64,000 nt of DNA from Yuukianura sp. NJ FZ-2021 (taxonomy: Eukaryota). The position numbers and the translations under genes were made by a program. Numbering within the stretch: position 1 is the first letter of the stretch; each line of letters opens with the position of its first letter. The notes beneath the pieces were generated by a model. The model saw only the letters and a program-made list of their open reading frames with translations, was not told the DNA's origin and ran no database searches. Shown here piece after piece: positions 26,796-40,407 of the stretch. Location of the stretch: positions 1,798,001 to 1,862,000 of the forward strand of contig CM102285.1 of assembly GCA_046563655.1 (NCBI GenBank), given 5' to 3'.

Positions 26796-29700
26796 TAACG
26801 ACCCCTAATACTTTCCAACCCTACACTTATATTTGAAAAATCACGGCACTTTGTGTACTATTGTGCAATTTCTCAAAAGTCAACGAGCCAATCACCATCA
26901 CCCTCTTTTGTAAAATGCCATATTCTGCAATTTTTCCCGCACTTTTCGTTCTAAAACGGGAAAAACTGGAAGTAAAAGTCAAGTTACTGACGAAGAGGGG
27001 AGATTTTATAAGTGTACTTTTTACAATTTTATAAATCACAATTTCCCCATAAAGCCGTTTCGGTCGTTATATTTCCTTCTAAAACCTTAAAATAAGTATA
27101 GTGCTAGGTAAGGTACAAACTCAAAATTGCAGACAACCACTACTATTATAGTACAGGGAGAGTGAGTCATTGGAGAAAGCAGTAAAACACTTTTAGCCTC
27201 ACTTTCTACCGGGTTTTCCCCCAGACGTGCGTGCTACTCTGCCCTTAAACCTTACTTTCACCATAGTCCACGCTTAGGTTAGGTTTACACCACAATCCCC
27301 ATATGCTTACTTTTCAGAAGGTCAAAGGTCACATTACACCATACACCTGATATAACAAAATGTTTCACTCGGGTACACACACACAGACACACACTTTCTA
27401 CATGTAAATTCCTTTCCTGTCAGACCAATTTACTACATCCAAATAGGAATTCAGAATTCTACACCTCAGCCAAATCGGAAACCTCAACAATACGCTTTTC
27501 GTTTTTCCAAAAAAAAATCCAATTTTAGTACCATTTACATCAAATCGCAACTCTTTTCCAAAAATTGCCACCAATAATCTTTTCTCCTTCATGAATCACG
27601 AAAAACTGGTTGAGCACAAAAAAACCCTAAATACTGAACACGCCATCGATTTTGGAACACGGAAAATAACGCTTTCGAACAACATTGTTCTGTTTACAAT
27701 TTTTAACTCACCAAAAAACACAAAGAAACAACCTCGACACAGCAAAATTTCAAAAAAAAAAATTTTTTTTTTTTGCATCTCTAAGTCGTTTTCAACGCCA
27801 CCCGAATTTTTACACCGCTTAAACTCTACCGTAATTTTTGAAAATAATTTTGTCGCCTCCGGGAACTTTAAACTAAAAACAGATAATAAAAATTCGAAAA
27901 TGCAAATTCCAATCTCCGAGATTTGAAAATGCCAATAAATCAATCAGGTCTATTTTTTTTAATTAACTCAGCCAATAATTACCCTAAAATTTCTATAATT
28001 ACAAATTCCCGAACTTTTGAAACAAAAAACTGAAATTAGTTTAGATGAAAACCCAAGAAAAACAAGTCATAATGAATTTTTGAACCGAAACGGAGTAAAA
28101 GTTCATTATTTTCAAAGTTGGGGGAGTGAAAATAGGTTGTAAAAGGGACTCTCACTCCTCAAATTGAGACTTCTCCCGCCGATTGTCAATAACCAAAACC
28201 ACTAAAACTGAATAATGAAAGCATCAATTGAGTCATACCAACTTTTTTTTTGCCCCCTCCGAGTCTCGAACCCTCGCCCTCCTCAGAGCTCTATGAACTC
28301 TCACCAAAATTCCCCTTTGCGTTTTCCACCATTTATCTGATCCAGGCGAGGTCATAAAGGTCACGGGTCAGCTCCCCCTCCCAAAATGGCTCTCAAACAC
28401 AAATTCATGACAATTCAAAATTTCCCGCTCCAAAATAACTTTGGCGCGAACAAGGATAAAATCTACAACGTATGGAAAGTTAAATCGACTGTTGCTTTTT
28501 GTTGACTCTTATTTTTTGCTGATGCATCAAAATTTGTTTCCAAGCTCAGCATGTTCCGCCTTGGGTTGCAAAATTGCAAAAAAACTACTTTCCATTTTGC
28601 AAATCGTGGGAATTGGCAAAAGGAACCTCGGAGCTTAGCAAAACCTAAAAAAAAATTTCTTTCCCACACAATCCCCTTGCTCATTTTGGTTTAATCTGCA
28701 ATTGGAAATTCTACACGCACTTAAGCTGTTGTCTGTCGAGTCGTTTGACATGCCCATTATTGGACTAGACGAAGAACATATTTGGATGAGCCAAAAATGG
28801 AAGTTCGAATAATTCATACTTTTTCTAATCAAAGCTTCCACTATGAACTGAGGCTCAAAATGGACAAAGTGCGTAGTACAAAACTGCGTTTGCGCAAACA
28901 AAAAATGTTGGGCCTCATGAGTGCAATATCCGGGAAATAATGGTCAAACAGGAAAACGGATTTTGAGGTGTACGGTTTTCTGGAATGTAAAAATGTTATT
29001 GTTATGTTACCTCATCAACTTTTGTTTGAATGGCCTCACCTACAAGCTATTCTGTTCTATTCAAAATTTCCCCCTCTTTTTTAAACATAACTTTTTAAGG
29101 TTCACTCCGAAAGGAAGTTGTGGAACCATCCAACGGAAGTGTGTCCCTGCCCTAAAATATTGTTATCTCAAGGCGCAAAGTCAAACATCGCAAAGTGAAA
29201 CCTGCGACCGGGTCGCAACATCGTACGATCCTACTTGCGATTCAAAAACAAATGAAATAGTAAGTGTTAGCTAAAACTTCATTTCTCGAGCTTTCCGTAC
29301 TAATTGCAACCCGGCCGGTGCTGCGATTTTCAAAAAAGTTGAGCGTTATAGCAGTATTTCTCAAAGTGCTCAACGACTCGCGTGCTGCGATTCGCAACAT
29401 GCGACGTGTGATTCTCACAGAAAACGTAACCAAAATATTTTCACGTCCTACAACTCCTATGTACGCTGTCTAGAACCTTTTTCTCAGTCAGAATTTTCGA
29501 AAATTTCGAGTTTTCTTCCAAAATGATCGTCGGAAAAACCGTCCAAAAGCATCGGAAGCAGCATAATTTAAAAGTTTAAACTTAAAAACCGTTCCGAACT
29601 TTCTTAAACTCCCAAAACAGAAACTCCTGTGTTGTAAATTAGGCAAAAAGAAGACGCAAAAAACAGACTAAACGTTCCCCTCCAGCCATTTTCCCATTTT

Positions 29701-32700
29701 ATGTCTTCCTACACACGTTCAGAAGAGATCTCCAAGACATTTGACTATGCATAGTACATAGTGCTGTACTCATCTCTTCAAAGAAGAAGCTGCTGCCCTT
29801 CCTACACTTTGTATCTTAACAACCTACAAATCTTTTATGCAAGGAAATAGCCTCTAACAAAAAAAAACAGGGAAGATGAATTCCCAATGCTAAGAACAAG
29901 CACAGACTTGCGTTCCCTTCGCACTGTTTGTTGCAGAAAGGGAAAGGAACTTTGCTTTGAAAAATTAAAGGCGGAATGAATGAGAAAAACAGTCGTCTTC
30001 ACTTTCATCTTAGCAATTTCTTCACATTTAAGCCGGTTTCAAACAGCTACAAACCTACAGCTAAGCAGAAACCTTCAAAATTTCAACCTTTTCTATAAAA
30101 ATAAAACTTTCAAAACTGCTTCAAAGTTTTTAGAAACTTCAACTGTCAAGTCAAGAGATTCGAACTTTCAAAACCTTCAAACAGAAACACTCGAGTCAAA
30201 ATTTCAAAAGAAATGTAAGCAATCATGTGGGGATTCAGAAAATCGTGAAACAATTTCTCTTTTCCTTTTTTCAAAAATTTTCCGTATTTTAAGCAACAAA
30301 AAGAAACTTCGAATATTTTCTAGTTTTTAGAAATTAAATAAAAACCTGTACCTTTGATTCGCGACGTGAATTTTAGTTTGCTGTGTGCACACGGCTTAAG
30401 ACAAAAAAAATTTTTTTTTTGTTCTCTCTGCGTGGTCAACTACTTCATTTGAAATTCCTTTTGAAAAACTGCGCCCTCATTAATTAAAAATTTCAACATC
30501 TAAGTACTCCGAGTGCCTCCAAATGTCAAAATTTTGCAAATTCTTAAGCATTCTTCACTCAAAAATTTAACCTCCCTCATTTTCATTTCCAGCAAAACCC
30601 AAATTAAACTCCGCCGTTTCCCACTCCTCAAAAAAGCTCGTTTGCCTTCTTCAAAATTTGCGCCGCCGCGGCGTTTATGTTCAAACATTTCCTGTTCAAC
30701 GTGCGAAGGGGGAACCCAGGATTTATTTCCCCGAGGTATAATTCCCTCTCTGTCCTCTCAAAAACCGCACAAGACATAACCATAAAAGCAGCCTTTTGTT
30801 TCTTCCAAATGAAAGAATTTGTTCCTCACGCAGCTCATGAAAAACTTTGCCAAAGGGAAAATTGCAAAAATATTCCAAACCTCTCTACTCTCATCTCGTC
30901 TGGCGGGTTACTCCGGTGCAGCACGTTAAGTAACCACCGTACCGGTCTTCGTAACCATCGTAACCCTCTCAGCCCCTAACCACAAAACAGGAGAGTCTCA
31001 TTGTAATTCAACATCTCAGTGCCCTCGAGGCTTTCAATCATTCCTAAAACATCAGTTCCTCTCCTTGCCACTCCTTTGCCAAAAACTTAAAACAAGCTGG
31101 ACTCATCAGACTGGTCGACGGCACGCACTGAAATTTAAAATCTTTCGAAAAAAAACTTTCAAAAATTTGAAACTCCCTCTCAGACCATCCCTATCGACAC
31201 AGAAGATTCATGTTGAATGAAAATCCCGAGTGGTGGGATTTCGAAATTTTCAAAATCTGATTTGACAGCAACTGAACGGGAAAGAGAAGAAAGATTTTCC
31301 GTTTTGTCTAAAGTGGTGCAACTATCTACAAAGTGCGTTTCTACTATAATAGACTAGAAATATACTAAGGAAGCATCCGATCTTAATTCAATTTTCATGA
31401 AAGGGAGGGAAAGTTTCCAAGAAAAGCAACGGCAGGAAAAGAACGACACTTTTGAACAAGGAAAAAGAGGAAGGAACTTATTAGAAAGCATAGGAGAAAC
31501 TAAATCTCCAAAAACTTTGCCTCTCTTTCCATTAAAACTCATCTTCATAATTAAGTACGTCGCGGATGGCACATTTACCAGCAATATCGTCTTCCATATC
31601 CGTCTGTGCATGCTTCGCAAGCTCGTAAGAACTTTTCACACAAATCACACCCGTTCGCACTTTGCATTCGAATGTTAAACTTCAACTTGTACTTTTAGTT
31701 GAACTTATTTTAGGCGCGTTTTAAATTTAATATCAAAAGTTAACCTTCCCAAGCAGCACAACATGTAACCGGGACACGTCAAAAGTCTGGAATTGAAACG
31801 TGCTCAAACAATACAAAAAATTGACACAAAAACACTAAAACTGAAAGCAATTGTATGCAAATTTTCCCATTTCACACTAAATGCATAACGTCAGTTTAAA
31901 AAATTCCGACAACTACCAGTAACTATCAAAATTATTTTGTTTGAAAACCACTAATAAAAATAGTGACAAATAAATAAACAAAATAATAAAAAGGTATAAT
32001 TAATAATAGAATAAAAAATATACAAAAAATTATAAATAATGAAATTAAAAAAAAAGAAGAAACTAATTCAAGGTACGTACATATTCGAATGACAAAAAAA
32101 AGCTCTTTTTTTGTCTTGTTTCATATCAAAAAATTACCTATCAAATAAAAAGATTTCCCGGTCCGATTTTTTTTTGTTTTCGCTAGTCCGCGGTTTTCAC
32201 CTTCATGTTTACCCGCTTTTTTTTGTATTTTCCCGGAAGAAATGGGTTAAACAAAGTGACAAATAAATGGATAGTCAAAGGAAACACAGGATGGCGAATA
32301 GGAAACCTCCAGCCACTGCCTCTTCCTCTAAACAAGTTTACAAAGGAAAAAAGTAACCAGAGGGAAGTAAAGCCTTTCTCCTCCCATGGAAGTTTAATTA
32401 ACTTAAAAAGCAAATAAAAGCCATGGTATCCTTTCGGCTACACTGTCGTGTCTTCCCGCTCTTCGTAAACAAACCAAGGGAGCAATAAGGCACTCCACTC
32501 CAACCAAACATGCAGTGTTGCATGGGCTTAGCCCTGCTCCAAATAATTCCAGAAGCGATGTTTTCTCCTAAACCAAGATGTAGGAGCGGAGGCTAAAGGC
32601 TCCATATTCAAACCCATGTTAATTTAAACATGAACCTCCATTTCTAATCCCCCTCCTCTTCCTTAAGTGGACTGGAACTGACTCCGCAGAAACAACTTCA

Positions 32701-33075
32701 ACCTAAATCTCAAGTCCTGGAGGGGATAAAGATTTGCTTCGCTGGAGAAGTCCAATTGACGCTGGAGATCCTTTTCAGCGCGTCCTTTCAAACATTTTAT
32801 TTCATAAATCCCCCTCCATCATCTTTCACCCTCCTCTACAACTCCAATTATGTTCAATGTGACACAATAAAAACAAGAATTTGATACACTCCACCGGCTT
32901 CCTCCCTCCAAAAAGTACCAATTTCCACATCAAATCAAACCAGTCCAACAGTCTACGACGGTTAGTGCCATAAAGCAACCGGCGAAAACTGTCGAAAAAG
33001 TACTAAAATCAGTAAAATCCACTAAAAAGTATAACTCAAAAATCCCTATTCTCGCTTTTCAAAAATAACTGAAAT

Positions 33076-33239
33076 CAGGGCTGTCAAAAATATGTAGCCT
33101 GCATGGCCCTGACATTTTTGATTCATAAATATTTATTTTCTTATTACTATTTATGCTGCATAACTGAATATTTAGGCAATTTAAGTAATACTCTTCACTA
33201 TATCTAAACGGGTTTTAATAAATATTTTTGACAGGCCTG
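33076..33239. mobile_element. Short hAT-like MITE remnant (164 bp)
   Basis: TIRs CAGGGCTGTCAAAAATAT and ATATTTTTGACAGGCCTG match at 17/18. No recognisable 8-bp TSD. Confidence 0.6.
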
Positions 33240-34449
33240 CACATAACCCGTCGTTAGCATGCCGAAAACAATACTGTGAGATTTCAAAATTTCAACAACA
33301 AAAACGCTAAAATTTGTTTCCTGATGTTTTACCGCAAAATTCGAAAAAAAAAAAAAGAATCAGATCCTTACCTAATCAACTTCGTCAAACAAAACGTTTA
33401 GAAAAAAACTAAAATAAATAGGACGAGTTTATCCACAAAGTACGCGATCTCGTAAAAGGGGGTGGTATTCCCCCTTTGGGGTGGCGTCTCCCTAGTCTGA
33501 AGTGAAATTACGTAATGTTTGAAAGAAACTAAGCTTATTTCCAGCCAAGGCTAAGATCCAGTTAGGTTGATGGCGAAACACGAAGCAAGACGCGTACAGC
33601 TCCATTGCATTTGCAGTAAATTTGGGAACAAAACCGCAAATTTTCACCAAGGCCTGCACCTCATCATCCCAGTTTGCAGCCTAAAATTAAGTAAATTCCG
33701 TCTGATGTCCAATTCCTCTTGTGCCATTTAGTATTCCATTCTCACCGGGTGGCGGGTAGATTCAAACTCTTAGGACTTTTTACATAATTTATGACTCCCA
33801 CCTTCCATTATTCCCTACTTTTCCTCCTATTATTCAAACTTTCCAAACCTCATTTCCTGGTGGAGAAAATCTCCTTTATGCACAGTACAACATACAAACT
33901 TATTCTCAAATCCACCCAAAATGCACAACTTTAAATTCCAAACTTCCAAAATCTTCTTCCTGCCTCTCGACTTCTGGCTGCTCTACAAAAGCTAAGCCCT
34001 AAACTCACAGGGGACACTTGCGGCAACGGGATTTTCCTCAGTAGTGTTAGTTACGCCGAAATGCTAATACGCTTATTAAAATTCTCCAGCAGATCCTCAC
34101 CATACCATAGGCAAAACCTCTCCAGAAGTTCCTCATTAAATCATCTCAGGAGAGATCTGAATCATAATCCAGACAAGGGCATGTCATTTCCTAATGTTCT
34201 CTCCCTATATTTCCCCACAACCAAAATCCCAGCCGAAGTTAACCTTAAGCTTATCATTCACATACTACGTCATCAACAAACACCCACCCACCCCACAACT
34301 TAAAACAACAAACCAGACTTCAATCGCGTGAATCAGCTACTACCTAACTGACCTTGGAAAATTATGTCATCTCCAAATTCCCTCTCCTCCAAAAGATAAC
34401 TTAATGAATTAACCGCAAGACATAATTCTTTGATGTAGCAACCAAACCA

Positions 34450-34950
34450 CACATAGTATTATGAATACGAATATTCCACAACTACTACATAGTTATATGC
34501 TGCTTACATAGCACATACAAAGATATTACCATACCTCTTACATAACTGTATTCACATACTACTTACGTTACAACTGATGTCACATACTTACAAACCTCTT
34601 TAGTACATACCTACCACTAACTTACCGCACTTACATTATACCTCTTAAGTACATATATACTTATGCTTGCATACCTCTTACACGACTATGTATTTGCATA
34701 TTAACACTTTGACGTAAGTATATACCTACATGTTTAAACCTTGCATACATACTATGAATAGCACACTTGGGAATATGCTAAAATCTTACCTGATATACTT
34801 ACATATATACTGCATATTTCCATGTCCCTATACATATATCTACTACATATTTTCATACCGCTATACTTATATACATACTGCATATTTCCATACCGCTATA
34901 CTTTTATATACTAAATACTTCCGTACTGATATACTGACATATATACAGAA
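34450..34950. repeat. Low-complexity decayed (TACATA/CATATAC) repeat region
   Basis: Dense TACATA, CATAC and TATAC words, with ~24-bp quasi-repeats at 34795-34945. Confidence 0.6.
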
Positions 34951-37900
34951 CGTCTTCAGCACCCCTCTCCCTAAATAATGGTGACGTAATTCGTAAATAT
35001 GTGCCAGCGCAACAAAATTAAATTTGCTCCGTTTCTCCCATCTTCCATGATATAATTTGGAGTACTACCCGGGTATTATCCCTATTATATTCGTAACCCC
35101 CGCTGGAAATGACGTAATACTTCCCTATATCATGCAAATAACACCCAGAAAAAACTTTCAACAAAAACAAATCTTTCTCCAAGCAACATGCATAATACCA
35201 AAACACATTGTTGTTGATGCTGCACCTTACATTTTACAATCTACGCACCTCAATCATCTTTCCCTCTTCATTCCTCGCACATTATTATTCCACTAACAAC
35301 ATGAATTGAATCTGATGAACATTCCTTTCTACCAAAAACTAAAAAAAAACAGGCCTGGGAGCATTTTTTTTTCTCCCATCTACCAGTATAGCTGGGCAAC
35401 TAAAAATTACAAAAGGCAAAAACCTCAAACGTTTTCGTCTTGGTTCACACGCTTTTCTCTCATCATGATGCTCATCCTTCCCTCGCCTGCTTTTACATGC
35501 AACTCCTTCAGAAATGTTACCATAATGCCCACATAAGGCACCGCTTTTTTAACATTATGGGAACTTTTTCAAAAATAACTTAATCCCAACAATATTTATT
35601 TTTGACAAAAGAGAAAATGACACTAAAGACGGATGATTTGTGTCCATGACCTACTCAAAATTCCACGCCACGCTCAGTTAAAAATTCATTCCAAAAAAGG
35701 ACAAAAAATGCACATGCGCACTACGAAAAAAAACGAAACCAAAGTCTTATTATTGTTCCATTTTTTTCTACTCCAAACTATTCGTTACACATTCCACAAA
35801 ACTGGTCGTAAAAAGTTCATCCGTGACTCGTGAGTAGTAGATGAGAAACCGGCTTAAAAACTACCAAAAACCTAGTTTCAACTTTCCAAAAATTTCAAAA
35901 AGCTCAAAAATTCAAGTTTAAAAACAAATTTTTTAAATACAATGCTACATCCGCAACTTTTGTTTACGATTTAAATTTTACTGAAAAATTTCAAGCTCCA
36001 TTACATTCAAAAATCGTCATTTTTGACTTATCAATGTGAAGTATTCGTGCTGAAATTCTGTGCCATTCTCAAAAACTTTTTAAATGAAAACACCGCTATT
36101 GACAAAATTTCATTTTTTTTTCCATTCTGAAAAAATCCATGCAATGTTATTGTTTCCTTTTGACTTTATAAATAGAACTTTTCATGTGAATAATTTAGTT
36201 CCATTCTCTCCCCTTCCGTGTCATTCTGCTTTTCATATTATTAGAACCATATTGTTAAACTTTTCGTTTTTTTCTTTTTTTTCCAACTTCCTTCCCTCTA
36301 TCGCTTCCATTCCATCAAATACGCACCGACTTCACGCAATGTGTGTCCAAAAGACCGTAACAATGGGCTACGTAAACTTCATCACAAATCTTGTTCCAGC
36401 AAAGCATGACCATATCCTAGTGCCCTAACCTATTCATATGCAAAGCTCCACTGTGCGTATTGTTGTACTTTTCAAAACAAGTCACAAAAAATTTCTCTTT
36501 AGGTATTCGACTTTTTACAGGTGAGAGGATTACAGGTAGGGTTACAGGTTACAACCTGCTTTTTCAAAAAATCCTAATGCCTTTCACTTGATTTACACTT
36601 TACCTTTTTAGGCTAGGTTCAGGTTAGGCCTATTTTTTGGTTAACATAAACTAAAAGTTAGGCTAACGGAAAGCATAACCTATTTACCAACCGCAGACAA
36701 ATTTTTTACTTAAGTATATACGCATCTATAAAATTACGTTTTTTGTAAGAAACCAGCAGGTATGCATAACTTGAGTCAAAAGATGCAGGAATTCAGGAAA
36801 TCCCAACGACAACGTCAGTGTACGACTTTAGACTTTAGCCAATAAAAGCCCTTTCTCAGAAATACGTTCAAAAAGTTTCTCATTTTTTGAAAAGAATTTT
36901 TCACTTTCTTTGAAAAACAGAAATCATTTTGCCCTTTAAACTTTGAGCACACATTTTCCTGTTCGAACCAAAATCGTTTTCATTTCTAAGAAAAATGGAA
37001 AAATTCGTGACTTCTGCAACCTTTGATATTTTTAGGGAAAAAATCAGTTTTCTTCAGTCATATGTGAAAAATTTTCAAAAAAAATAAAGTATCGTCGATG
37101 ATTTTAAAAATACCTTTGAATGTACGCTTAAAGCCAAGTTCAAACTCGCAAAAGTACGAATAAAAGTTAAGCCCAGATTATTCGAATTTCGAAAAGTCAA
37201 TGTAAAAATTCATCCATAGAATGTAAATTCAAAAATAGACGATAAGCCTTACAGCCCACATGCGCCAAAAATTTTGAAGTGTCCCAATTTAAGCCAAGTT
37301 CACATTCGAAAAGTAAAAGTCAACAAAATATGCGCATTTAGCAGCAAAATTCCAAAATAGACGAAACCTCCACAGGCGTCAAAATTTCGAAGTTTTCAAC
37401 CAACTTAAGACTAGTTCACATTCACTCATGCAATTTTCAGTAAACTTCACATCAAATTGTCAAATCACATTCGTGAATCATGAGTAGAGTACATACAAAT
37501 AAAATCTACACTTAATTTGCAAATGCAATCAGAAATTCAAAACAAAATGGCAAATGGCGATTGTATAGCTAGAGAACTTAAGCCTAACTCTCACTCTCAC
37601 AAAATTCTTAGAACAATCCAACAATTCACGTTGATAAAAAAAAACCAAAACAAACAAATCTCTCTAAAAAATTTTTTGTCTTCCAAAAACTAAAAAAAAA
37701 AGTTCCAGTCAAGTGGAAATACGTGAACAAAAACGCGTGATCATGCATTATACTGCATATCAGTATGCACTTCAAGTGTCATATAAGTTTAAGCAAATAA
37801 AATCCTAGTACTTGTCCTTCCTACACGTTATAAAACGCTGTTAACTTCCTAATACCAAAATTCAAACTTAACATATTTTTTGAAAATAACAGCAAGTGTT

Positions 37901-40013
37901 TACTAGGAAAATTTTTATACTTTTTTATACAAGATAAAAATGAAACGAACCGTAAAAATTGAAATGTTAATCTAGGATTCTCAAGTGTAGTACAAACTGG
38001 GCTTACGCAGTGATAACCTTATTCCAGTTTTCACAATTGTCCCAACAACAAATTTCTAGCCGACATCCAATGACCTTTCGGTTCCCCCAAAAAGCCAAAC
38101 TCGGCCATATTTGGACATCCATTCACTACTGACTCACTGTTTATGACTGAAACTGGACTGACCCCAAGATAACAAGTCTCCAATTCAAACGAAACCGCCA
38201 TTGTCCTCTTTTCTCACGAAATCAGTGCGCGCATGACTAATGTCACAAACTTACAAACTGGTTGGTACTAGCACCATTCCTTGAAATTTAAGACGCTGAT
38301 GCTGATGCTGCTGATAATACAAAATTCACTGTAAACAATGACGCCTACGCTTCAAATTCCATGCCTCAAATTTGTGTAACAAAAATTAGAGAAATCAAAA
38401 TTTGTTCAGTGAAAAATTTTTAGCTATACTCAAATTCAGCTATGTTTAAAAGTGTTCAAAATGAAATCAAAACTTGTGTAGCAGAATAATCCTACAGATT
38501 TGAACATTTTAGTTATCAAAATCCGAAAATTTATAAAGTCCAGTTCAAATTTTGAACTTCAAAATTTCTGTCGTACTGTGTATTTAAAGGGTAATATGGC
38601 ACACAAATTCTGAAAAATTTTAAGCAAAGGCTTAAACAAACTTTGTATAAAAATTCTAAACTTTACAAATTTTAGAATTTCTTGCAAACTCGGAATCTTT
38701 TGCCAAAATTTTAGTAGCAGACTAGACTGACACAAAAGCATTAAAATTCTACATCAGTTTCATTTTGAGCATTAGGAACATGAAATCTCCTAGCGATTGC
38801 CAATAATTTCCAAATGTTATTTTTGCACATTCGAAATATCTAAAAACATAAGAGCCCAACATATCTTCCCAAGAAACAGAAACCCAACGTATTCTTTCCT
38901 TTCCCCTATGTGTTACAATAATAAACAAGTTCTTCGTCCAAAAGATGATCTCATGCTCCATTCGTCTTCTTTTTCAAAATGCCAAAATCTTCCACAGATT
39001 TTTAGCATGTAAAAGAGGAACAGGAAAACAGGAAAAATGAAAACCAGCTTTTTTACAGATACAAGTGACTCATGTCCGTACTTAGCATTTTGCTTTTGCA
39101 ATTTTAACCAGTTTTACTTTTCATACTCAAATTTTTGCACAAGCATTTTAAATTTCTGCACTAAATTCCATTTACATAAGCAATTTACCGTATCCCATGA
39201 CTCTCACTCACCATACGCCTGTTTTCGCAAAAAATTTTTCGCAGTGATCCGAACCCAAAGCACACAGAACAAATTCCATTGAGATAAAACTCGGTTCCGA
39301 AAATGTACAAAATCATTCGCCAATTTACAGTTTAGCAGTGAAATTTTTTTTTCATTGCCACTACCAGTGCAAATAACTTTGAAATTCAATACCCCATGCT
39401 CTTGAGCTGTTCCATGAAAAAGTTATGAGTCTGCTTGTCAAAGCTTAGTGTTTGTGCGAATTCCAATTGCGAATTCCGATTAGAAACGTCCATTATCTCT
39501 AGATTCTCACACTAAACTACAAGTACTTAAAATTAGCAACATGCAATTCCTTGCACCACTTTGTGCAAATTCAGCAATTTTGTTGCAAACATTGCAACTT
39601 TACGAATTTACAACTCCAACAACGGTGTAGTAATGTGAGCAAAAAATTTGAAATTGCTTACACTTTAGACAGTTTTAGTCTTTTTAGACTCTTGCGTGTG
39701 TGTGGCCTGTACTAAAAGATTAGGAAAATGTCAAATGTCACAAACTATTAAAAGACAAACAAGACTGGCTCCGTCACAACGGCTAAAGTTTGACCTAAAA
39801 TGACATGACATAATGACACGGACATTAGGCTATCGGCTCAGACCAAAAGACCGGCTAAGTTGTGACAAAATGTCAACTGAAAAAAGTTAACTATTATAGC
39901 TAGGTTAGGTTGTCACGTGACTCTATAAGTCCTTCAACCTAATGCCCTGCTCATTGCTCAAGCGATTTGTTTACTGTGTCCCATTTCCACATTTAGACCA
40001 ATCCTTTTGAAAG

Positions 40014-40407
40014 CAGGGTAGCTGATGTTGTTGATTTTTTGATTTAATCAAGATTTTGTTGATTTAAATTAAATACACAATTTTGTATGCTTTATAACAG
40101 AGAAACGTGAAAATTAATTTCAATTTTGCAAGTACGTTTTTTCTTAGACGATACCTCATCAGTTTAATTCATAGTGTTATTTTGACGATTTCAAAATTCA
40201 ATGTTTTAGAAAATTAAAAACGATAAAATGCAGAGTGTTCAAGAAAATTTTTTTGGAATTAAACGAAATTTTGCTCAATAAGCAAATCTTGGCGCATTTC
40301 GTGTATTTAAATTAATCAATGTTTTTTTTTTAAATAAAAAAACTATTGATTTAATCATTGATTAAATCAATGATTTAACTAACTTGATTTAAATCATATC
40401 AACCCTG
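40014..40407. mobile_element. hAT-type MITE (394 bp) near the 5' end of KLF intron 1
   Basis: Termini CAGGGT...ACCCTG. The 8-bp flanks TTTGAAAG and CTTGAAAG match at 7/8. Multiple subterminal GATTTAA(A)TC motifs at both ends. Confidence 0.82.
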
